From IMG/VR virus record IMGVR_UViG_3300048438_000153, positions 1-64,000 of that record: DNA of 64,000 bases; one strand, written 5' to 3'. Positions within the stretch are counted from its first letter, which is position 1; the number at the start of each line of letters is the position of its first letter. The notes under the pieces are model-generated. The model worked only from the letters and a program-made list of their open reading frames with translations. It ran no database searches and was not told where the DNA came from. The position numbers were made by a program, and so were the translations under genes. This document shows positions 18,619 through 26,448 of this stretch, one piece after another.

Positions 18619-21121
18619 TTTAAAGGCGCTCCCACCACCAACATGGGTTGATATCGTTGACTCAGACAAAGCGAACAAGTGGATTGACGACAATGTAAAG
18701 CCGATTCAAGAAGCGATTGATGGGGCGTATGTTTTCCTCATCTCGATATTTGAAACCCTCTCTAAAGGGCTCGATTTTGTCTCCTCTCTTGTGACAGATG
18801 TCGCCGACCCTATTTCTTTGATTCTTAAAAAGATCATTGAGGTCATCGAGACTCTCCTTAAAGACCTGAGAAACGCAGGTTTTTACATCACTTGGGACAG
18901 TGCTTTCAAGACGCTCCCGAACTTCTCGAAATTCAGAGGAGGTTACGGTCGCGTTTCTTCTGATCTGACAAAAAAGCTCACCGACCCTCAAGATACGAGC
19001 CGACCTCAGTTTAGCCCTCTCACTTCTGTGATTACGCTTACGGCTTATGCGGATTTGGGTGTAACAGGCGCGGGCTTTGACGCGAAGGATTTCGCTCAGA
19101 AAGGAAAGACAGGTTTTTCTGCGCTTGATGCTTTTCTTAATCTTTTCAGCGTGACGAGAACATCCTCAAATTACCTCCCTCCTCTCTTGCTGAAGCCTGT
19201 TCTCTTTGCGGAGAACAGCGACGGCGATGCCTACGCACTTGATTCAAACCTAATCAATGCAGACACAAACATCGCGGGATTCTCGGCGGTATGGCAGAAC
19301 CCTCCCTCTAAGAAACTTAACTTCTTTGACGTTGACCTTCCACCAGGGTCGTATGTTGTCACTGTCACAACGCGAGCTAATCCTCTCGACCTGTATGTTG
19401 AACTACCCTTAGAGAGAACCTCATCGCCATCTGATAGTGTCTCTACTGTAATATCTCCTGTTTACTTTCAGAAAGAAAAACAGGGTGAGTTTACGGGTCA
19501 CGCTACTACGCTTGTCGCGCCCCGAATCAGAGATGTGTCAGACTCTCTGTTTGTGAAATATAATGGCGAGAAAGTGTCGTATACCAAGTTCGCTGAAGAG
19601 ACTAAGAGTTTCTATTACCATACATTCAATGTTGGAGTGGTCTTTGGGAGCTCAGAATACAACCTCGACCTCAAGTTTGATGAGCTTCCTACCAAGCTGT
19701 ACGATCTCGATAAAGGGGAGTACACAGAGAACATAGAGACGTACTATATCTATGTTTCTTCACACACAGATGAAGTGAAGGCTTACCGCGATAAGTCTGA
19801 AGTGACTCTCGGAGAAACGAGCGGAACTGACCTAGACTATGTGCTGACAAAGGATGAGGGCGCGAACTACCTCTCAACCTCTTCAGGTAAGCCACCTCCT
19901 CCGTTCAGTAAACCCTCAAGCGCAAGTAGGAAATCCTCTGAAAAGATCAAGTTTGTAAGGGCGCTCAGGGAGAGTCTCTTAATGTTCATGCTAGCTGAAG
20001 AGTACTTTCATAAGTCTCCATCCAACCCTCTAGGTATTTCTAGAGTGACGGACTCAGATCGGGCTAAGATTTACTCCGTGTTTTGGGCGAAGGACGCCAA
20101 GTCTCTCTACGACAAGTATGATCATGATCGAGATGACGTGAATAGCTTTAGAGATGAGTTAGAAGATGAAGTGAAAGACGCGGTGACTACCTTTCTAGGT
20201 CGAGGCACACCGTCGAAGAAAGTCCTCAGCTCTTTCGAGAGCGATATTGACACAATCTTAAGTGAAGATGACTTCCCTCTGATCTATCCCACGCTTGATC
20301 TAGAGTATAGAGAAGAGGATGACTTTGAGTCTCAATATGGTCTCTTTCCTGACAGGTATTTAGGGCTGTCGGAGAGGTTAGATAAAGAGGATAAAGTCCA
20401 AGATTTTCTTAGCGACCGTAGGGATAATATAGTCCTACCTTTACAGAGCTTCGGAGACACCGACTGTTCTTTCTTCTACAGGGAGGGAGAAAAGGCTGAG
20501 AGTATGCCTTCTCTGTTATTTAACAACTCTTTCTTACAAGAAAAGTATTTGGCCTCTGTTAGACTGTTGGGTTTGACCCTAACCGAGCCCGACCACGCTT
20601 CTGCCCAAGGAGAATGGATCTTCCTAAGACTTCTTGCAGATGGACTCCCCTCAGTAGAGCAGTTCTTGGAGTCCATTCTCGCGGCGGTCAAGTCATTGTC
20701 CGACGGCATTAATGGGATCATTGACGCCATAAAAAGATACATCGCGCTCTTACAGCAGAGGATTGCTTCTATCAGAGCTTTTGTTACTCGGCTCAAGAGA
20801 CTCTTAGATGCAATTCTTTCTATTCGACTGCCTAGTGGACTTCGTTATCTCTTAGCAGAGGCAGATGGGACTGAGGGTCTTATTTCTGCCTTCAGAGGCG
20901 CTGAGAACCAACCGCCTTCAGGAGAGCTTGTCTATAGTACATATGCAACCTTTGTGTTTGGAGGTTTACCCTCTATCTTTGTTGACTTTCTTCTTTCTCT
21001 TATCTCCGACCAATCAACGATAGATCAGGTGAATGAGGTGTTCACAGGAAACAAAGACGGGGAGACAGACAATCAGATCTTCTTAGGGGTTGGAAATGAA
21101 GGTGGGGGGGGTCAATCATGA
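18611..21121 (+). CDS. Probable virion structural protein with N- and C-terminal amphipathic helical segments
   Basis: 836 aa, AGGAGG SD, in the same operon as the 2884-aa protein. Confidence 0.7.
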   Translation: MADLKALPPPTWVDIVDSDKANKWIDDNVKPIQEAIDGAYVFLISIFETLSKGLDFVSSLVTDVADPISLILKKIIEVIETLLKDLRNAGFYITWDSAFKTLPNFSKFRGGYGRVSSDLTKKLTDPQDTSRPQFSPLTSVITLTAYADLGVTGAGFDAKDFAQKGKTGFSALDAFLNLFSVTRTSSNYLPPLLLKPVLFAENSDGDAYALDSNLINADTNIAGFSAVWQNPPSKKLNFFDVDLPPGSYVVTVTTRANPLDLYVELPLERTSSPSDSVSTVISPVYFQKEKQGEFTGHATTLVAPRIRDVSDSLFVKYNGEKVSYTKFAEETKSFYYHTFNVGVVFGSSEYNLDLKFDELPTKLYDLDKGEYTENIETYYIYVSSHTDEVKAYRDKSEVTLGETSGTDLDYVLTKDEGANYLSTSSGKPPPPFSKPSSASRKSSEKIKFVRALRESLLMFMLAEEYFHKSPSNPLGISRVTDSDRAKIYSVFWAKDAKSLYDKYDHDRDDVNSFRDELEDEVKDAVTTFLGRGTPSKKVLSSFESDIDTILSEDDFPLIYPTLDLEYREEDDFESQYGLFPDRYLGLSERLDKEDKVQDFLSDRRDNIVLPLQSFGDTDCSFFYREGEKAESMPSLLFNNSFLQEKYLASVRLLGLTLTEPDHASAQGEWIFLRLLADGLPSVEQFLESILAAVKSLSDGINGIIDAIKRYIALLQQRIASIRAFVTRLKRLLDAILSIRLPSGLRYLLAEADGTEGLISAFRGAENQPPSGELVYSTYATFVFGGLPSIFVDFLLSLISDQSTIDQVNEVFTGNKDGETDNQIFLGVGNEGGGGQS

Positions 21122-21978
21122 GCTTTCAGTGGTCAGTCTTATTTCGTGAAGGATCGTGGCGCGACTTCAGGGACTTCGCGCTCAATCAAAGAAAGAACGT
21201 GCAGGCTAGGTTCGACACTATCAACTATGAGCTTGAGCGCATAGGTCGAGTCTCTGTCGTCTATAAGAGGCAAGATCCCGACGACTCTTTTTCACGCATG
21301 ACAGAGAGAAGGATTGGGGTCAGAATAAAGACCAACACAAGCCTCTCTAAGCTCCTCAGAGCGTATGTCGCTCAAGGCGGTAACTACTTTGACATTTCTA
21401 TGTTTCTCAAGCCCGATTCTTACGAAGAAGTAGAGGACGAGGAGGGCAACGTGAGGAGGAAAGAGTTCCAACCCTACACGGGTGTCATCGCGCCCGCGAG
21501 TGGAGATGTGATTTCTGATAAGATTGATCTCACAGGTGTCACAGACATTTGGAAAGACCCTACTCGTAAACTAGGTGACAAGGGTTCTATATGGGAAGAG
21601 GACTCTACCAAGCTCGTAGGCGACCGCGTATTAGCGATGCAAGGGTGGATATCTCAGGAAATCAAGCAACTGAGAAATGACCTTGAAGCGCGGATCATCA
21701 AGCTCTGCGATCTCAGGGAACAATTAATCTTAGAAAGAGATGAGATCATCATTTCTGCGATAGGGGGCTCGGTGGCTGATACTGAGTTTAATCCTGAAGC
21801 TACCTTAGAAGACCTCCACGTCTCCAAAATTGTATATGCCTTTGATACTGACTTCTATGAGGTGAAAGAGGACGGAACTCCCGACTTCACTAAGCCAAGA
21901 TCTGGGCGCGGTGTGAAGCAGTTCTTAAACCTTTTGGAAGATGCCCCTACAGGGGAAGAGAAATACACAACACTGTGA
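21118..21978 (+). CDS. Hypothetical (probable virion) protein
   Basis: 286 aa with ATGA overlap. Confidence 0.7.
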   Translation: MSFQWSVLFREGSWRDFRDFALNQRKNVQARFDTINYELERIGRVSVVYKRQDPDDSFSRMTERRIGVRIKTNTSLSKLLRAYVAQGGNYFDISMFLKPDSYEEVEDEEGNVRRKEFQPYTGVIAPASGDVISDKIDLTGVTDIWKDPTRKLGDKGSIWEEDSTKLVGDRVLAMQGWISQEIKQLRNDLEARIIKLCDLREQLILERDEIIISAIGGSVADTEFNPEATLEDLHVSKIVYAFDTDFYEVKEDGTPDFTKPRSGRGVKQFLNLLEDAPTGEEKYTTL

Positions 21979-21985
21979 GGTAAAC

Positions 21986-23284
21986 ATGAGAAAGACAGCG
22001 TATGAATATGGGTTGATGACCCTCGAAGAATTCTTAGATCACAGAAATCCAGGCGGTAAGACACATGAGAGTGGGTCTTATTCTTTCTCTGTAGACTCGA
22101 TGAATCAAGACTACTCAATCGTCGGGTACAGGATGGTTGAAGAGAGAAAGAGCGAGTACACCGTCTATGGTAAGAGTGACAAGTCGGCTTTCTTCTTCTG
22201 TAAAAACTACAAAATCAAAGCAGTCATCGCTAAGGGCGTGATCTATTACACCTATACGAGAGAGAAGAATCATATTCTCAGCCGTCCCCTCACAAGAGGT
22301 GTGCATTATGGCTACATCTACCCTCGTGACATGGGCTTGAGAGAAAAGAAAGTAAAGTACCCTGAAGACTACATGGGATTAGTCTCGGACATCGTAGAGA
22401 TGAACACTAGAAGATACCCTCATCTCCTTGAGAGGTTTGAGAATGACGGCGAATGCTTCTCTGTTAGGAGTGAAGAACCGCTCGTAGGCAAGAATCAGGG
22501 AGTCTCTATCGGCATCTTTAATGAGTCAGGCTACAAGGTCGCTACAGCACAAGATGAATGGGGGGCAACCTTAATCGGTGTGGCTCGCGAATATCGAAGC
22601 CGAGGGTTCAGCAAAGTCGTCTCTCGTTATTGGCTTCAGTATAACCCTGACAAGAAGTCAGGGGGGATGACTCCCGCAGGGCATAACGCGGCGGTCAGCT
22701 TTTGGGCTGACACCGTGAGAAAGATGCACTCAGAGGGAGTGTACGAAGAGAGGATTCTTAGTGGGGAGATCACTCAGGATAGAGTAGATGAAATCCTTGA
22801 AGCTCTCCCTCCGAAAGAAGTCAGAAAGATCGAGCGAGAAAGAACGATAGAGCCCACAGGTGAACTCCTCATGTTAGAGGGAGACTTTTCTTTCGTCGTC
22901 TACGATAAGTCTTTCTTAGTCGAGCAAGACGATAGGTTCATCTATGGGTATGGACTCTTGAGAGACAGTAGCGACGTAGGTGATTTTTTCTTTCAGTTAG
23001 ACTATGACAGAAAGTACGATGATACGGTGACTCGTATCGCGCTTCAATTCGCTAAGAATCGAGACAATAACCCACTCTATGATGGTCAAGGTGATCACTA
23101 CAGTGACCTCCTTGAAGTAGAGGGCATCTCAGAGATCAGAAGAGAAGGCGAGTACCTCTACATAGAAAGAGATTTAGTAGACTACTCTCCGCTCGTATAT
23201 CGAGATAAGATTTACAGAGGTCGCATCGACAAGTACGATGAGATGAAGCTTAACCTAGAAGAAAGAGCAGTCGCCAAGTGGTGA
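21986..23284 (+). CDS. GNAT acetyltransferase-like domain protein with an MRKTA N-terminus
   Basis: ATLIGVAREYRSRGFSK (motif A-like VxxxYRxRG) and SGGMTPAG. Start refined to the ATG at 21986 (GAGG SD). Confidence 0.6.
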   Translation: MRKTAYEYGLMTLEEFLDHRNPGGKTHESGSYSFSVDSMNQDYSIVGYRMVEERKSEYTVYGKSDKSAFFFCKNYKIKAVIAKGVIYYTYTREKNHILSRPLTRGVHYGYIYPRDMGLREKKVKYPEDYMGLVSDIVEMNTRRYPHLLERFENDGECFSVRSEEPLVGKNQGVSIGIFNESGYKVATAQDEWGATLIGVAREYRSRGFSKVVSRYWLQYNPDKKSGGMTPAGHNAAVSFWADTVRKMHSEGVYEERILSGEITQDRVDEILEALPPKEVRKIERERTIEPTGELLMLEGDFSFVVYDKSFLVEQDDRFIYGYGLLRDSSDVGDFFFQLDYDRKYDDTVTRIALQFAKNRDNNPLYDGQGDHYSDLLEVEGISEIRREGEYLYIERDLVDYSPLVYRDKIYRGRIDKYDEMKLNLEERAVAKW

Positions 23285-23303
23285 CTGTAAAAAGGAAACT
23301 CTT

Positions 23304-23525
23304 ATGCTAAAGCAAGATGACATTAGGATGCTCTCGGTGATTGGCGAGATGCCTGAACTCACAATCACGGAAGTGAAGAGAGAGTGGAGAGCTCGCTCGG
23401 GTCGAACTGACGCGGAGGCAGTTCTCAACAACCTCAATGCGAGAGGTCTTATTCTTATCGAAAGAGAGCTAGACGCAATCTTGATCTCTTCTAAGGGCGC
23501 GACCTATATCAAGAGGGGCTCTTAA
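23304..23525 (+). CDS. Small winged-helix-like protein
   Basis: 73 aa, AAGGA SD, LNNLNARGLILIER...ISSKG wing pattern. Confidence 0.6.
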   Translation: MLKQDDIRMLSVIGEMPELTITEVKREWRARSGRTDAEAVLNNLNARGLILIERELDAILISSKGATYIKRGS

Positions 23526-23794
23526 AGCTCAGCGAGGTCGAGAAACTCTTTCGACACAAATATGGGCGTGTGATCTCCGTAATACGCGCCCTGTACGTTA
23601 TACTCGAACCACTCAACCGCCTTGAGGTGAGCCTCTTCTTCTGAAGTCTCCTCATCTGAGAACTCTTCTTTCCAATGTGATATGAGCGCGTCTTGGTCAT
23701 AAGCGAGCACTGCGTTGTGATTAACGCGGGCGATTCCTATGATCATCGGGTCAAAGGCTTCTCTCGGCTCTAGAAACACTAGATTATCTTCCAT
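23522..23794 (-). CDS. Conserved phage protein of unknown function
   Basis: FDPMIIGI...LAYDQD...EEEA...EWFEYNVQGAYYGDHTPIFV matches a recalled widespread phage hypothetical pattern; GAGG SD. Confidence 0.7.
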   Translation of the reverse strand: MEDNLVFLEPREAFDPMIIGIARVNHNAVLAYDQDALISHWKEEFSDEETSEEEAHLKAVEWFEYNVQGAYYGDHTPIFVSKEFLDLAEL

Positions 23795-23881
23795 AACTCA
23801 GACCTCTTTACTATATGATGTATAGTGGGTGAGCGCGGTGCTTACCCTTACTAATCTTAGTACCGATTGAGGAGCATGGAA

Positions 23882-24184
23882 ATGGGAAAGACTCTTTGGG
23901 GGTTCGACAAGGAATGTCTAGCTATGGGTCGCTTACACAACTACCTGTCAAACGTCGATGGTATCGACGCTGAGAAAGTAGGTCGCGTGATGGCTTGGGC
24001 TCGCGAGGTGTTCGATAAGGATCAGCTTTACACGAAAGAAATAAAGCTGACTATCGAAACACTCTTAACATCAGGTTCAGATGAGGACAAAGAGTTCGCT
24101 CAGTATGCTAAAGACGCAGTTGAGAAAGACAACTTCGGCATCTTGAGAATGCCCCGAGATTACCGTATGAGGTATCGACGCTGA
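23882..24184 (+). CDS. Hypothetical protein
   Basis: GAGGAG SD 7 nt upstream of the ATG at 23882. Confidence 0.65.
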   Translation: MGKTLWGFDKECLAMGRLHNYLSNVDGIDAEKVGRVMAWAREVFDKDQLYTKEIKLTIETLLTSGSDEDKEFAQYAKDAVEKDNFGILRMPRDYRMRYRR

Positions 24185-24189
24185 TTACC

Positions 24190-24236
24190 TTGAGGTATTG
24201 GTGAGGTATCAGGATTGGGTGACTAAGGGTAATCAT
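24190..24236 (+). repeat. Dispersed intergenic repeat, copy F (opposite orientation, still on the coding strand)
   Basis: TTGAGGTATTGGTGAGGTATCAGGATTGGGTGACTAAGGGTAATCA lies between a stop at 24184 and the AGGAG SD of the next gene. Confidence 0.95.
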
Positions 24237-24256
24237 CATACTCTTAGGAGAAAATC

Positions 24257-24859
24257 ATGGGCGCAAAGAGATACTACTACGATAAACTAAGTCACTGCAA
24301 AGATTGGATTATTTGGACAGACCCCTTCACATATCGCCTCATTAGGCTAATGAGTGGGGAGATGCCTTGTGGCATACAGACCTCATGCGGAAGTCGCACT
24401 TACATCTTCAATGGGGAACATTCGTTCACAATGACTAACTCGGCGTATGGGATGTATAACTGTTCAGAGTCTTACTCTGAAAAGAAGATGTACGAGATGC
24501 TGACCTCTTGGTGTCGTAAGGAATGTCACATAAGGGATGGCTTAGACGAAAAGATCAAGTGGTGTCTCCAAGCGCCTGATGACCTGTATGACAAGCTCAT
24601 GCGTTTTCCGAGAGACTACACTCAATGCGAGCTGAGAACCGCTTGTCTTAACAATGATCGACATCATGAGGTTGGAGTAGCCAAGTTTTGGGGGGCAGAC
24701 CAACAATCAGTTGAGGTCAATGGTAACCTTCTTTACTTAAGCCTAAAAGGTTATCGGGAGAACACTAGAAAAACCTTAGAAAACGTCTACTTGTCTAAGA
24801 CAAGAGGATCTATGTATCAGACTTTTAGATACTCCGCTCATAAGATCACTAGGCTTTAG
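24257..24859 (+). CDS. Hypothetical protein
   Basis: 200 aa, AGGAG SD, preceded by repeat copy F. Confidence 0.7.
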   Translation: MGAKRYYYDKLSHCKDWIIWTDPFTYRLIRLMSGEMPCGIQTSCGSRTYIFNGEHSFTMTNSAYGMYNCSESYSEKKMYEMLTSWCRKECHIRDGLDEKIKWCLQAPDDLYDKLMRFPRDYTQCELRTACLNNDRHHEVGVAKFWGADQQSVEVNGNLLYLSLKGYRENTRKTLENVYLSKTRGSMYQTFRYSAHKITRL

Positions 24860-24934
24860 ATGTCTTCAAGATTGACTAAGGTTGTTTCCATCACTCAAGG
24901 CACTCTTAATCGCTTTCATCATTGACCCTGACTC

Positions 24935-25198
24935 TCAGGCTTCCAACAACCTTTTCTTGACGTAGTTCTGAAGCTTCTTACGGCTAGCACCCTCGATCTT
25001 GAGGTACTCAGCGATATGATTTCTTAACTCTCTGTCCCTATTGATTATGTGTTGTAAGTCAACAGAGTTCTTGAATGATTCGTCTAGTTGGACAAAGAGA
25101 GTCTCAAGAACCTTCGTCTCTTTATTAGGATCTTCAAGTTCAAGACGGGCGATTCTCATTTCAAGATCTTGGATGATTTCTGAAGCTGTTCTTCTCAT
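24935..25198 (-). CDS. Leader-tag family protein (MRRTASEIIQDLEMRIARLE)
   Basis: 87 aa, AAGGA SD, shared N-terminal motif. Confidence 0.7.
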   Translation of the reverse strand: MRRTASEIIQDLEMRIARLELEDPNKETKVLETLFVQLDESFKNSVDLQHIINRDRELRNHIAEYLKIEGASRKKLQNYVKKRLLEA

Positions 25199-25214
25199 GA
25201 CTGATTCCTTTATT

Positions 25215-25553
25215 TTAAGAGTACTTCTGAATATCCGTATTAAGGATATCTTTCATGGCGTCGAAAGAAACAGGACCCCACCCAACAGCACCATCAGGTG
25301 TTAGCGCCAAGAGTCCATTTCTCATGTGTATCTCATAAGAGAGTACGTTTCCATTAGCTAGATAGATAGAGACACTATTTCGACCAGAACTCTGAAGCTC
25401 TTTCTTTACGCTCTCAACTCCCCTTTGACGCCCAAAAAGCAGTGCGAGTTTGTAGATATATTCGAGGTCAACGTACTTCACAGAAGCCTTTCTTTCGAGA
25501 CGAGTGATGCGCCTCTCAAGCTCATTGATTACTTCTGAAGCTGTTTTTCTCAT
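25215..25553 (-). CDS. Leader-tag family protein (MRKTASEVINELERRITRLERKAS)
   Basis: Start refined to the ATG at 25553 (GGAG SD); shared N-terminal motif. Confidence 0.7.
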   Translation of the reverse strand: MRKTASEVINELERRITRLERKASVKYVDLEYIYKLALLFGRQRGVESVKKELQSSGRNSVSIYLANGNVLSYEIHMRNGLLALTPDGAVGWGPVSFDAMKDILNTDIQKYS

Positions 25554-25688
25554 AGTCTTTCTCCATTCATGGGTGGCTGTACACATTCAGGCTTAATAAA
25601 CTAACTACCAAAGTGTAAAGAGACAAAAAATATGAGGAAGCTCGTAGGGAAAAGCTAAAAAATCTTATTCGGCCTGTGCGGATTACGG

Positions 25689-25743
25689 TATAATGTAACA
25701 TGGCGCTGAGAGGACTTCGATCTCAGCCCTCTGATCTTTGACA
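25689..25743 (+). promoter_or_regulatory. Putative -10 box (TATAAT) plus a boxB-like hairpin and boxA-like antitermination element leading the tRNA cluster
   Basis: TATAAT at 25689-25694; hairpin GCTGAGA/TCTCAGC at 25705-25727; TGATCTTTGACA at 25732-25743 matches E. coli rrn boxA TGCTCTTTAACA at 10/12 positions. No clear -35 box. Confidence 0.5.
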
Positions 25744-25763
25744 TTTCGCATAAGTCTTACTCC

Positions 25764-25838
25764 ACACCTAAAGCTCAACGGAAAGAGCGGTCAGTGGGCT
25801 TCCTCTGACTACTACAGGTTCGATTCCTGTTAGGTGTG
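25764..25838 (+). ncRNA. tRNA-like RNA with a 10-nt anticodon loop (pseudo-tRNA or tRNA mimic)
   Basis: Perfect acceptor ACACCTA/TAGGTGT, D-stem GCTC/GAGC, anticodon stem GTCAG/CTGAC and T-arm ACAGG-TTCGATT-CCTGT, but the loop is TGGGCTTCCT. Confidence 0.8.
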
Positions 25839-25924
25839 CTAGACTACCTCCTTACTTTCTTACAACATCGTAGTTTGAGAGTAAGGTTTAGCAACTTCGG
25901 GGGGGGGTGCTGTAGTCTTTTTAA

Positions 25925-25997
25925 GCACTCATAGCTCAGTCGGAAGAGCACCACTTTCCTAAAGTGGGGGTCACAGGTTCGAGCCCTGTTGAGTGTA
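25925..25997 (+). tRNA. trnR: tRNA-Arg(CCU), reads AGG; CCA not encoded
   Basis: Full cloverleaf: GCACTCA/TGAGTGT, GCTC/GAGC, CCACT-TTCCTAA-AGTGG, ACAGG-TTCGAGC-CCTGT. Confidence 0.95.
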
Positions 25998-26046
25998 TTA
26001 GACCATATCTACTTTCTTTTATTACTTCCTTAAATAAAAGAAAATC

Positions 26047-26181
26047 GTGTAGGTGCGATTTAGCTTTAAAGCAAGCACAAGGACAGTAAACTCACAAAAG
26101 CCCTTAGTCGTGAGGAACTGATATGGAACAAGGTAGGTCAAACTCTTAGACCTAAGAAGCTAAGAAACTTCTCCACTACAC
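26047..26181 (+). ncRNA. Candidate structured non-coding RNA (multi-hairpin, possible kissing loop)
   Basis: Closing stem GTGTAG/CTACAC encloses hairpins GTGC/GCAC, AAGG/CCTT, AGT/ACT, AGGTC/GACCT and GAAG/CTTC; loop CTCAC is complementary to loop GTGAG. Confidence 0.45.
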
Positions 26182-26214
26182 TTAAGAGTACAATATAAAA
26201 ATAGGAGTATAGTC

Positions 26215-26292
26215 ATGGGAAACCCTAACTATCCATCTTCGACACCTAACCCAAGCGGTGGTGGTCGAGGTAACGCGCCAAAAGGTAAATAA
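26215..26292 (+). CDS. 25-aa Gly/Pro/Asn-rich peptide MGNPNYPSSTPNPSGGGRGNAPKGK (not in the ORF track)
   Basis: AGGAG SD 7 nt upstream of ATG; TAA stop at 26290-26292. Confidence 0.6.
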   Translation: MGNPNYPSSTPNPSGGGRGNAPKGK

Positions 26293-26375
26293 GGTATAGA
26301 TAATCACGTAGCACTTAAAGTGCTTCTTCCACCCACTGTCGTTCCTAGTGGGTTGTGGTAAAAAAGGAACATTAA

Positions 26376-26448
26376 GCACCAATAGCTCAGTCGGAAGAGC
26401 AGGGGCCTTCTAAGCCCAAGGTCGTAGGTTCGAGCCCTACTTGGTGCG
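26376..26448 (+). tRNA. trnR: tRNA-Arg(UCU), reads AGA; CCA not encoded
   Basis: Cloverleaf: GCACCAA/TTGGTGC, GCTC/GAGC, GGGGC-CTTCTAA-GCCCA, GTAGG-TTCGAGC-CCTAC. Confidence 0.95.

Noticed and set aside
25998-26181. Theta/HDV-like, hammerhead, twister or pistol ribozyme, RNase P, SRP or tmRNA identity for the inter-tRNA RNA
   Set aside because: I did not find the diagnostic conserved cores (for example CUGAUGA/GAAA, GAGGAAAGUCC, or tmRNA acceptor ends). It is kept only as an unassigned candidate ncRNA.
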